Under the pieces are notes generated by a model that was not told the origin of the DNA, did no database searches, and saw only the letters and a list, made by a program, of their open reading frames with translations. Both the position numbers and the translations under genes were made by a program. DNA of 46,716 nt from a virus, in the UHGV virus genome UHGV-0246708; one strand, 5' to 3'. Shown here piece by piece: positions 36,564 through 44,934 of the stretch. How positions within the stretch are numbered: position 1 is the first letter of the stretch; the number at the start of each line of letters is the position of its first letter.

Positions 36564-36895
36564 TGAAAGAAACTGACTTAGCTTTTTTTCGATCATTTAA
36601 AAATAGAATTTTAAAAGAAATTAATGTTATGCAACTATGTCGAGTTGTGACTGTAAAAGGTGCAAGAGCTGATGTTCAGCCAATGGCATTAAAATCAGAT
36701 GGAGGCAAAAGAGCATTAATACTAAACGCGTTGATCACTAAGCATTGTCAGTCTGATATCTCACAGGGAGCGGTTGTAGTAGTAGTTTTTTGTGATCGTG
36801 ACATAGATAATTATAGAAGTTCAGCTGATTATTCATTATCATCTGATAGAATGCATAGTCAAAATGACGCTGTTATTATGGGGGTGATTGCTTAA
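36563..36895 (+). CDS. XkdR-like small baseplate protein.
   Basis: Gene order. ATGA start overlap. Confidence 0.45.
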   Translation: MKETDLAFFRSFKNRILKEINVMQLCRVVTVKGARADVQPMALKSDGGKRALILNALITKHCQSDISQGAVVVVVFCDRDIDNYRSSADYSLSSDRMHSQNDAVIMGVIA

Positions 36896-37242
36896 TGAGG
36901 GATTTGAAAATAGTCAATGGAGACTTATCATTTATTGACTATGGAATTTTACTAGTTGAAGGAGATTTAGAACTTGCACAAAGTGTATTTATGATCTTAT
37001 CAATACGACTAGAAGAATTCAAATTAGATACATCCGTTGGTTTAGAAAGTGATAATATGTTTGGAAAAAATTACAATGAAGATTACTTGAAACAAGATAT
37101 TACAGAAGCGATTTTAGATCAAGAACCTAGAATTAATAGTATTGAAAATATAGAAATTGTAAGAAACAATAGACAATTGAATATTACAGTGGAGATGCTA
37201 TCAACATTAGGTGATGAAGTGGAGGTGGTAATACGTGCTTGA
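36895..37242 (+). CDS. XkdS-like (gp25/W-like) baseplate wedge protein.
   Basis: Gene order and size (115 aa). Confidence 0.45.
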   Translation: MRDLKIVNGDLSFIDYGILLVEGDLELAQSVFMILSIRLEEFKLDTSVGLESDNMFGKNYNEDYLKQDITEAILDQEPRINSIENIEIVRNNRQLNITVEMLSTLGDEVEVVIRA

Positions 37243-38389
37243 TGAAAATGGATTTAAAAGAAAAACATATGATGAAATACTCTATGATATGTCTGAAAAG
37301 GCAAAGGCCTTGTTTGGTTCGGATGTTAATGTTTCAGGACATTCTGTTCTGGGTATCATTATTCGTATCGTTGCATGGTTTTTATCTATATCTCATGAAC
37401 TAACTGAAAGAGTTTATTATAGTGGCTTCATAAGTCAAGCTACAGGGGTTTCATTGGATCGTTTAGGTGCGAATAGTGGTATCTATAGAAATCCAGCTAC
37501 AGTTGCAATGGTTGAGCTGGAGTTCTCAGGAAAACCTGGTTACATCATTAATGAAGGCGTACGTTTTTCAACAGAAAATAAAGTTATGTTTCAGATGATT
37601 GATATAGTCAAAATTGATGATAATGGATTTGGGAAAGGCCGCGCAATTTCTTTAGAAGAGAATGCTAGTTCAAACGTACCAGCTAATACTATTATAGTAC
37701 AAGTGGAACCTACTGAAGAAATATCATCTGTTAATAACCCTGCTAGGGCTGAGGGTGGGGCAGAACGTGAAACAGATAAAGCCTATCGCGACCGAATTGG
37801 TATTTCTGTTCGTGGGAATCCTGGACCGCCAATAAACGGAATTCTAACTGCTTTGCTAGAAGTTAGTGGGGTACGGACCGCTAGTGTTGTTGAAAATAAA
37901 ACAATGGAAACTGATTCGTATGGTAATCCACCCAAGTCGGTACATGTGCATATTTTAGGTGGAGTGAAAGACGATATTGGGCAGGCAATTTTTAAAAGTG
38001 TTGCCGCTGGGATTGACACTGTTGGTAATCAGGAAGTTGAAGTAAAAGACTTAGGAGGATTTAGTCATATTGTTAAATTTGATTATGCAAAATCTGTTCC
38101 TATTTTTGTGAATATTTCTATTCAAGTAGATTCAAAATTTGAAAAAAACGGACAAGAAGAAATAAAAGTTATAGTAAATAATTACATTAACAATCTGACT
38201 ATGGGTGAAGTAGTCAGATTTTCTTATATTTATCCATTAATTTATCAAATACCAGGCGTTGTTGTCGCTGATGTAAAAATTGGATTATCTACTGAAACTA
38301 CCGAAGTCAAAGACATTAATCTGAATCCAAATGAGTCAGCTGAATGTAAAACAGAGAATGTGGTGATTACTAGTGACCAAAAAGCTTAG
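37235..38389 (+). CDS. Baseplate J-like protein (XkdT-like).
   Basis: 384 aa. Position before the XkdU-like gene and the fiber gene. Confidence 0.55.
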   Translation: MLDENGFKRKTYDEILYDMSEKAKALFGSDVNVSGHSVLGIIIRIVAWFLSISHELTERVYYSGFISQATGVSLDRLGANSGIYRNPATVAMVELEFSGKPGYIINEGVRFSTENKVMFQMIDIVKIDDNGFGKGRAISLEENASSNVPANTIIVQVEPTEEISSVNNPARAEGGAERETDKAYRDRIGISVRGNPGPPINGILTALLEVSGVRTASVVENKTMETDSYGNPPKSVHVHILGGVKDDIGQAIFKSVAAGIDTVGNQEVEVKDLGGFSHIVKFDYAKSVPIFVNISIQVDSKFEKNGQEEIKVIVNNYINNLTMGEVVRFSYIYPLIYQIPGVVVADVKIGLSTETTEVKDINLNPNESAECKTENVVITSDQKA

Positions 38390-39002
38390 AGATTATTTAC
38401 CAGATCTATTCAATCGCGAAAATTCAAATATTTCAAAACTTCTTGAAATTATTGAGTTTGAAATTAAAGACTTGACTGATTTGCTGAATAAAGTAGCAAA
38501 CTGGCGATCGATAGATGAAGCACGAGGGAAAGGACTAGATGAATTAGGTGCTAATGTTGGACAAGCGAGAGGAAAAACGACTGATGAAATATATAGAGTA
38601 TTGATTCGTGGAAAGGTAGCTAGAAATACAAGCGATGGATCAATCGACAAAATGTTACATGCAATTGCGACATCTTTAAATTGTCATCCTAGTGATATCC
38701 ATATTATATCAGCTAATGAGACGGTAGATGAAAAAGAACCTGCTTGTGTAATCATAAAAAAAGCTCCTCTTGACTACTTGAATAGTTCGGGTCTAAGTAT
38801 TAGTCAATTTTTACAAATTGTCGAGAGTATCAGTGCTGGAGGCATTAGAGTAGCCTACGTTAATTTGGAGGGAACTTTTTCATTTTCAAGTACGACTGAT
38901 ATAGAGATTAGTAAAGAAGGATTCGCTGATATTGATGGTAATATCGGAGGAACTTTGGGAGGAGTCTTTATTCCAGAAAATGATTATAAACTGCCGCTGT
39001 AG
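38373..39002 (+). CDS. XkdU-like tail protein (209 aa).
   Basis: Gene order. Confidence 0.5.
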   Translation: MTKKLRDYLPDLFNRENSNISKLLEIIEFEIKDLTDLLNKVANWRSIDEARGKGLDELGANVGQARGKTTDEIYRVLIRGKVARNTSDGSIDKMLHAIATSLNCHPSDIHIISANETVDEKEPACVIIKKAPLDYLNSSGLSISQFLQIVESISAGGIRVAYVNLEGTFSFSSTTDIEISKEGFADIDGNIGGTLGGVFIPENDYKLPL

Positions 39003-39014
39003 AAAGAGAGGAGA

Positions 39015-40664
39015 ATGCAAATGAAATTTACAAAGGAATTGCCTGTTTGGTTAGCACCAGGTATTAAACCACCCGAAAGCTTAACTAGCGATGGTTGGAA
39101 AGCTTCACAAAAACCACCAGCTGATTATTTTAATTGGTTCTTTAGCAGAACCCACGGAGCTTTAAAAGAATTGCAAGATAGTGCTACACATATTGAAGAT
39201 TTTAATGCCCATAAATCAAATATAAGTAATCCTCATGCGGTAACAGCTACTCAGGTTGGTTTAGGAAATGTACTAAATCAAAAGCAGGCAACTAAATCTG
39301 AGTTTGATGCGCATGATCAAGATAACATTAGACATATTACAGATGTAGAAAGAAATAGCTGGAATGGAAAAGCAGAAAAAAATCACACCCAACCATGGTC
39401 AACAATTACAGGTATTCCAGATTCAACAATTACCAAAAAAGGGATCGTGAAGCTGACTGACTCTGTTACGAGCACGGATATATTGACAGCAGCAACTCCA
39501 AATTCAGTTAAACAAGTCAATGATAATGCTAATGCTGCAATGGCTAGTGCTTCTTCTGTAAATGATAACCTGACGAGCCATAAGATTGATTATAAAAACC
39601 CTCATAAAGTTACTTCTGCACAAGTTGGTTCATATAGTAAAACAGAAACAGATAACCTATTCATCAATAAATCAGATGCTGAAAACGGCTTATTGGTAAG
39701 AAAAAGTATTGAAATAACAGACTTAAATAATGCTAAAGAACCTGGCATATACTCGATTCCAGCTACAGGAGTTGAAAACAAGCCGCTACCAAACTCTGGA
39801 AGTTTGTTCGTTAGTAAAGACCCAGGAGGAGTCAGACAACTATTTCAAACGGAAAGGACTATCGTTATTCGTCAATTTGGTGGTATTCCTTCAAAGTGGA
39901 CGGATTGGAAAGAAGTAGCATTTAAACCGAATGTTGTGAATTTAACTGAACCTCAACGTATAGGCGGAACTAAAGAATTTGCGGATATTCCATTAGTAAA
40001 TGGTACAGAAATAGCTTTGAAAGAAGATATATTTTTTTATCAAAAGACTGGGCTTGATGAAGTCCAAGCAGACTACAAAGCTTCTTTTAGGGAAGAAACA
40101 AATATGTTTCTTACACGAGAAGGAAACAGAGTTGATGCTTATTTACGAGTTAATGTGGTGGATGTCACCAAACTAAAAACTGCTTTTGTTCCGATTTTTC
40201 AAATTCCTGATGGATTTAAAATTGATCTTAGCATGAGGGAGAGTTTCTGGAATGTTCCATTGACAGTAACTCAATACACCTACCCACAAGGTAACTATGG
40301 TGCATTATATGAGATGAACGTGAAAGGAATCCGATTCGGAAGTGACCGTCTTGGTAATCATTATCTATACGGAAGTTGGCATACTAATGATCCAAAACCA
40401 GATGCTAAATTTAAGTATATGCTTTATGTGAACTTATATAATTTGTCTGAGGGAAGAGATTTTGTTTCAGGTTCATACAAAGGAGAAATTTATTATGTAG
40501 CTGTTGAAATTGATGGACAGTTAGGAGAAAAATTAAAAGTATCTGATGGTTTTTATAAGTATACGGTAGGAACTAAAATAAATAAGGCTTCTCAAAATGC
40601 ATGGGTGATTGGTTATGATCAGTCAGGAACAGAAGTAACTAGAAGCAAAATCAAAATATTATAG
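39015..40664 (+). CDS. Tail fiber / receptor-binding protein.
   Basis: Conserved fiber N-terminus LPVWLAPGIKPPESLTSDGWKASQKPPADYFNWFF. Repeated NPHxVTxxQVG and tail-fibre repeat IVKLTDSVTSTDILTAATPNSVKQV. Confidence 0.75.
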   Translation: MQMKFTKELPVWLAPGIKPPESLTSDGWKASQKPPADYFNWFFSRTHGALKELQDSATHIEDFNAHKSNISNPHAVTATQVGLGNVLNQKQATKSEFDAHDQDNIRHITDVERNSWNGKAEKNHTQPWSTITGIPDSTITKKGIVKLTDSVTSTDILTAATPNSVKQVNDNANAAMASASSVNDNLTSHKIDYKNPHKVTSAQVGSYSKTETDNLFINKSDAENGLLVRKSIEITDLNNAKEPGIYSIPATGVENKPLPNSGSLFVSKDPGGVRQLFQTERTIVIRQFGGIPSKWTDWKEVAFKPNVVNLTEPQRIGGTKEFADIPLVNGTEIALKEDIFFYQKTGLDEVQADYKASFREETNMFLTREGNRVDAYLRVNVVDVTKLKTAFVPIFQIPDGFKIDLSMRESFWNVPLTVTQYTYPQGNYGALYEMNVKGIRFGSDRLGNHYLYGSWHTNDPKPDAKFKYMLYVNLYNLSEGRDFVSGSYKGEIYYVAVEIDGQLGEKLKVSDGFYKYTVGTKINKASQNAWVIGYDQSGTEVTRSKIKIL

Positions 40665-40685
40665 AGAGTAAGGAGAAAACAAAAA

Positions 40686-41120
40686 ATGAAAAAAATTTGG
40701 AAATATGGACGTACTGGAGGGCAAGAGCTACAGGTATCTGATGATTTCCCAATGCAAGTTCCTTTTACAGATGTAGTTCCTTTACCAACCGTCAATTTAG
40801 AAGACCAATTTTTTATTCCATCTGAGAATAGATGGAAAGAAATTTCTAACCAATTAGATAAGGAAAATTTGGATAATTTAAGTATATTATATAAAAACCT
40901 TGAAAAGGATAATGAATTATTAAAAGCTAAAGCAGATAATCTTGCTCTTCTAAATTCTAAGCTAATGCTCAATGACCTTAATATCCAAAAAGAAAATACC
41001 CTCTTGAAAGCTAAAGCAAATGACCTAGCTGAGATTGGTGCGAAATCAATGTTGTCCATTGTACAAATTACTGGGGAAATAGGGAAAATTAATGAGCAAC
41101 TTAAAGGAGGTGCTAAATAA
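40686..41120 (+). CDS. Coiled-coil tail-fiber-associated protein (XkdW position).
   Basis: Repeating LLKAKA(D/N)(N/D)LA heptads. Confidence 0.5.
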   Translation: MKKIWKYGRTGGQELQVSDDFPMQVPFTDVVPLPTVNLEDQFFIPSENRWKEISNQLDKENLDNLSILYKNLEKDNELLKAKADNLALLNSKLMLNDLNIQKENTLLKAKANDLAEIGAKSMLSIVQITGEIGKINEQLKGGAK

Positions 41121-41248
41121 TGTTTACTTTTGATGATGTTAAATTGATGTATGATTGGGGTCTTTATACTGATGATGAAGTAAAGCTATTTGTACCTACA
41201 TGCATTACAGAAGAGGAGTTTAACGAGATTGTAGGGAAAGAAGGTTAG
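41120..41248 (+). CDS. XkdX-family small protein (42 aa). Not in the track.
   Basis: MFTFDDVKLMYDWGLYTDDEVKLFVPTCITEEEFNEIVGKEG matches the XkdX consensus. RBS AAAGGAGGTG. TAATG overlap. Confidence 0.6.
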   Translation: MFTFDDVKLMYDWGLYTDDEVKLFVPTCITEEEFNEIVGKEG

Positions 41249-41252
41249 TCAG

Positions 41253-41609
41253 TTGGAGTTAGAGCAAAAAGTAAAAGAACATGAAAAACGTCTTGGTGAT
41301 CACGATAGAGAAATAGGTCGTTTAGATAGACGAACGATGACTTTACAAGAGCAACTTAATGCAAATTTAGTTAGATTAGATGAGTCAAATAAATTCTTAC
41401 GTGAACAAAATATGAAGCAAATGGAGCAAAATAGTGAAATTCTAAATGCTATTTTGAATAGAAACAGTGAAGCGGATGAAAGAAAAGACGAACTAAAAAA
41501 ACTTAACACTGAAAATATATGGAAAGTAATACTAGCTATATTTGTTTCTAGCGGAGCAATAACTATTTTATTTAACTGGTTAAGCACATTTTTAGGAGGC
41601 GCTAAATGA
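41253..41609 (+). CDS. XhlA-like lysis-associated protein (coiled coil plus C-terminal TM helix). TTG start.
   Basis: N-terminal coiled coil. C-terminal TM segment IWKVILAIFVSSGAITILFNWL. Position before the holin. Confidence 0.6.
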   Translation: MELEQKVKEHEKRLGDHDREIGRLDRRTMTLQEQLNANLVRLDESNKFLREQNMKQMEQNSEILNAILNRNSEADERKDELKKLNTENIWKVILAIFVSSGAITILFNWLSTFLGGAK

Positions 41610-41803
41610 AAATTAATTGGAAACATAAATTCACAAGCAGAAAGTTTTGGGCTGCAGTGACAGGAGTAATCATTGCTTTGTTAGCAGTTTTCAATGTAGA
41701 TGATTTAACATCTGAAAAAGTGGTCACTTTAGTAGCAGCTATTGGCTTATTAGCTGCATATATTGTTGGCGAAGGATTTGTTGATTCAAATAGAGATAAT
41801 TAA
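41606..41803 (+). CDS. Holin (65 aa, two TM segments).
   Basis: KFWAAVTGVIIALLAVF and VVTLVAAIGLLAAYIVG. Charged C-terminus. Confidence 0.7.
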   Translation: MKINWKHKFTSRKFWAAVTGVIIALLAVFNVDDLTSEKVVTLVAAIGLLAAYIVGEGFVDSNRDN

Positions 41804-41810
41804 GAAGTCA

Positions 41811-41848
41811 TTCTAAAATGGCTTCTTTTTTTATATAAAAAATTAAGA
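41811..41848 (+). terminator. Hairpin plus T-tract between the holin and the endolysin.
   Basis: GAAGTCA-ttctaaaa-TGGCTTC followed by TTTTTTTATAT. Confidence 0.4.
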
Positions 41849-41861
41849 AAGAGGTTTTAAA

Positions 41862-42968
41862 ATGAAAAAGTTTAGTAAGTTTTTATTATCATTAGTTGTA
41901 GTTACAGGATTATTGTTACCAACTGCCGCAGATGCTTATCAAGTGGAACAAGATCCTATCGATTTTGGCGGATATTTTCCAGGTTATGCGACTAACGAAT
42001 TAATTGTCTTGCACGAGTCAGGAAATGGGAACAACGTTGGCCTAAACAGTCTAGACAATGAAACGGCATATATGAAACGCAACTGGACGAGCGCTTATGT
42101 TTCATATTTTGTCGGTTCTGGTGGTCGCGTGAAGCAGTTAGCGCCAGTTGGCCAGATTCAATGGGGAGCGGGAGCGACAGCCAATGCAAAAGCATATGCA
42201 CAGATCGAACTTGCTCGAACGAATAATAAAGAAACATTCAAGAAAGACTATGCTGCCTATGTCAATTTGATTCGTGATTTAGCAACACAAATTGGTGCAA
42301 CATTTGACTTGGATGATGGAACAGGATATGGAATTGTGACGCATGATTGGATCACAAAAAATTGGTGGGGGGATCATACAGATCCATACGGATATTTAGC
42401 ACAGTGGGGAATTAGCAAAGCACAACTAGCACAAGATTTACAAACTGGACTTCCAGAAGATGGTAGCGAAGTTATTGTAAATCCTGGCAAGCCTAATAAA
42501 CCAAAATATAAAGTCGGTCAGCACGTTCGCTTCACAACAATCTACAAAAATCCAGATGCGCCAATTTCTCAGCATATCAATGCAAACACATTGTGGACTC
42601 AAGTTGGAACCATTACACAAAAAATAAATGGCCGTAAAAATCTATATCGCATCGAAAACAGCGGCAAACTTTTAGGTTATGCAAACGATGGTGATATTGC
42701 GGAGCTTTGGGAAAACAGCAAACCAACACCAGCTAAAACATTCACTATTGGTGTAAATGAAGGAATTGTGTTGCGTACTGGATCACCTAGTTTGTATGCG
42801 CCAGTTTACGGCGTGTGGCCAAAAGGTGCACAATTTAGATATGATTCGGTTCGTGTGGCCGATGGCTATGTTTGGTTAGGGGGTTCTGATTCAAACGGAA
42901 CTCGGATTTGTATCCCAGTTGGCCCAAATGATGGCAACCCAGACAATACTTGGGGTACTGGATATTAA
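41862..42968 (+). CDS. Endolysin: Sec signal peptide, N-acetylmuramoyl-L-alanine amidase (Amidase_2/PGRP) and C-terminal SH3b-like binding repeats.
   Basis: Signal peptide MKKFSKFLLSLVVVTGLLLPTAADA|YQ. Amidase_2 motifs VLHESGN...THDWITKNWWGDHTDP. Two SH3_5-like repeats. Confidence 0.85.
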   Translation: MKKFSKFLLSLVVVTGLLLPTAADAYQVEQDPIDFGGYFPGYATNELIVLHESGNGNNVGLNSLDNETAYMKRNWTSAYVSYFVGSGGRVKQLAPVGQIQWGAGATANAKAYAQIELARTNNKETFKKDYAAYVNLIRDLATQIGATFDLDDGTGYGIVTHDWITKNWWGDHTDPYGYLAQWGISKAQLAQDLQTGLPEDGSEVIVNPGKPNKPKYKVGQHVRFTTIYKNPDAPISQHINANTLWTQVGTITQKINGRKNLYRIENSGKLLGYANDGDIAELWENSKPTPAKTFTIGVNEGIVLRTGSPSLYAPVYGVWPKGAQFRYDSVRVADGYVWLGGSDSNGTRICIPVGPNDGNPDNTWGTGY

Positions 42969-43061
42969 GAACAGCTTGATTTTCTGTAACCCTTAGTTTA
43001 GAATAAACTTACACTTATTAAATTTCTCTTGAGTCGCCTTCCCCAAGGTGGCTCTTTTTAA

Positions 43062-43135
43062 GGACCATTAGCTCAGTCGGTTAGAGCAAACGGCTCATAA
43101 CCGTTCGGTCGATGGTTCGAATCCGTCGTGGTCCA
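43062..43135 (+). tRNA. tRNA with anticodon CAT (Met elongator or Ile2).
   Basis: Full cloverleaf: acceptor GGACCAT/GTGGTCC, D-arm GCTC-AGTCGGTTA-GAGC, anticodon arm AACGG-CTCATAA-CCGTT, T-arm GATGG-TTCGAAT-CCGTC. No encoded CCA. Confidence 0.8.
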
Positions 43136-43143
43136 TAAAATTA

Positions 43144-43172
43144 TTGATCTGCGAACGAGTGTTTGTTATAAT
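43144..43172 (+). promoter_or_regulatory. Strong sigma-A-type promoter TTGATC-17 bp-TATAAT with an extended -10 TGn.
   Basis: Seen directly at about 43144-43149 (-35) and 43164-43172 (TGtTATAAT). Confidence 0.55.
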
Positions 43173-43206
43173 CGAAGTGTAATCCTCATATGATTATATC
43201 TGCTAA

Positions 43207-43246
43207 AGAAGTTACGAAAATGCTTGTTTTCGTAACTTCTTTTTGG
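43207..43246 (+). terminator. Leader hairpin or intrinsic terminator between the promoter and the first gene of the two-gene operon. It may also define a roughly 65-nt small RNA.
   Basis: Perfect 14-bp stem AGAAGTTACGAAAA/TTTTCGTAACTTCT with loop TGCTTG, followed by TTTTTGG. It is flanked by a 12-nt inverted repeat TTATATCTGCTA (about 43194) and TAGCAGATATAA (about 43258) that abuts the start codon. Confidence 0.5.
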
Positions 43247-43270
43247 TTTAATTAAAATAGCAGATATAAA

Positions 43271-43675
43271 ATGGAAAAGTGGGGATATTCATTGTTGAAA
43301 TTTGATAATTATCCAGAGAGTTGCCCTCCAGCTGAGGCTATCCCATTTGATGGAGTTTTTTTCAGACTATGTAAGGGTGAAAACTTTTGCGAAGAAGATT
43401 TTCTTACTCATTTTGAAGCTGGGAAAAGTTTCCCAGATAAAAAACTGTGTGAAGCTATGGCATTATCATTTTTTGATAGCTATGATCATGCAGAAAAATT
43501 AAAAAAAAGATTTAGAAAAAAATTTGCAACATGTTCTATCAAACCTGTTGCAATTATTGAAGATTATGGAGTAGGAATTTTTGAAGAGAATTCAGGGCAT
43601 CTTAATTTATGGGAGCACAGGAACGTTGATATTTTTGCTGATTTAATGAAGGAGGATAAAGGAAAAGATGAATAA
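43271..43675 (+). CDS. Hypothetical Cys-rich protein (134 aa), first gene of an accessory two-gene operon. No Shine-Dalgarno sequence.
   Basis: ORF track entry. Cysteines at C18, C34, C40, C60, C88. The upstream region is AT-rich with no GGAGG. Its stop overlaps the start of the next gene. Confidence 0.6.
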   Translation: MEKWGYSLLKFDNYPESCPPAEAIPFDGVFFRLCKGENFCEEDFLTHFEAGKSFPDKKLCEAMALSFFDSYDHAEKLKKRFRKKFATCSIKPVAIIEDYGVGIFEENSGHLNLWEHRNVDIFADLMKEDKGKDE

Positions 43676-44831
43676 TCTAATATTTTCAGACATGGAATAT
43701 ATTTTCGTTTTTGACTATTATGATACTCCTTTATTTTTCATTTCTCGAAGTCGGAAAAATAATAATTACTATTTATTCTACTCTATAAATGATGACGTTT
43801 ATTTTTACAGTGAGCTATCTGCTTCGGATATTAATTACTTATTTAGTAATCCAAATGGATACGACATTCTTCATTACCTTAAAAAGAAGTCTAAATTAAA
43901 TTTTGTTATGGTAAATAATAATTCTTTTGATATCTATAGCTTAGCGGAATATACAAATATATTTAATGAAGATATTAGCGAAGCACTACCTTTGGAAAAG
44001 TATCCAATAGAGTTTGATTTGGTTCATAAGCTTGATTTTGAAGATATAAGAATTAATTATAAAAGCTATTTTCCAAATGTATATGCTAATGATCAACTGA
44101 CTCTACGAATAAAAAATAAAGAGAATAGTAGCTCGTTAAATATTGATATTGTTTATAGTGCTTTAGAATTTATAAGAAGTACATGGCAAGATTTAAGTCA
44201 AAGGCATGCAGAATTAGGAACTCAGAAGAAACTTTTGATGTCCGCACCTTCAAGAGGGTCGCTAAAACTTGATTTCGAATTAGAAAAGGATCAACAAACG
44301 GGATTATTTACTGATGAGGCCTCTTTTTCTGAACTAATTGACTTCGTAGATAATTTAGCCTATATACCAATGTACGATGAAGAAGAACTGTTTAATGAAA
44401 GAAAGCTCATTGAAGAAACTGCTAAGCTGTATAAAGTTATTGAAGAAAATGATTTATCAATTGATTTAATTTCCAATCAAGTTAAGTTGAGTAATATAAA
44501 AAAATCAGAAAAGATCAAAAGAAATTTAGATGTTATGTTGTCTAGTGTGAATGATCAAATAAATGAAAGAAACGTGTTAACTGAAGAAATAGAGATAGAA
44601 GGAGAGGTCTTGGCTGCAAATAAAAGTAAGAACTATTTTAAGATTAGGTCTTTAGCACATGGAGATATCTCAGGTACATTTGAAAGAACGCTATTTAAAC
44701 AAATAAAGACCTCTGAAGTACAAATTACGATTTCAAAAAGTATTCATGCTTATATTACTAAAGAGCAAATTACTGATATCGATACCAACGAAACGAAAAT
44801 AAAGTATACATTAAATTCTTTTACTCAATAA
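43668..44831 (+). CDS. Hypothetical protein (387 aa), second gene of the accessory operon. Very AT-rich, with an Asn/Tyr/Phe-rich N-terminal region.
   Basis: Overlaps the upstream gene by 8 nt. GGAGGA RBS. No recognised catalytic motif. A terminator follows. Confidence 0.65.
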   Translation: MNNLIFSDMEYIFVFDYYDTPLFFISRSRKNNNYYLFYSINDDVYFYSELSASDINYLFSNPNGYDILHYLKKKSKLNFVMVNNNSFDIYSLAEYTNIFNEDISEALPLEKYPIEFDLVHKLDFEDIRINYKSYFPNVYANDQLTLRIKNKENSSSLNIDIVYSALEFIRSTWQDLSQRHAELGTQKKLLMSAPSRGSLKLDFELEKDQQTGLFTDEASFSELIDFVDNLAYIPMYDEEELFNERKLIEETAKLYKVIEENDLSIDLISNQVKLSNIKKSEKIKRNLDVMLSSVNDQINERNVLTEEIEIEGEVLAANKSKNYFKIRSLAHGDISGTFERTLFKQIKTSEVQITISKSIHAYITKEQITDIDTNETKIKYTLNSFTQ

Positions 44832-44836
44832 CGTAT

Positions 44837-44886
44837 TTAAGACCCTAGCCTACTATAAGCTACGGTCTTTTATTTTTATCAGAATT
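44837..44886 (+). terminator. Rho-independent terminator of the accessory operon.
   Basis: AAGACC-CTAGC...GCTAC-GGTCTT stem followed by TTTATTTTTAT. Confidence 0.5.
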
Positions 44887-44934
44887 AAACAGTCATTAAC
44901 GAAAGTCTTGCTCCCAGATAAGAGTGAGCATTTT

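Noticed and set aside
43062-43135. tRNA(CAU) considered as the attP core, or as a host tRNA marking a prophage boundary
   Set aside because: It is a complete 74-nt tRNA. The integrase-proximal arm-type repeat clusters lie 2 kb away next to int. The split integrase shows the window is the circular phage itself, so no host junction is present.
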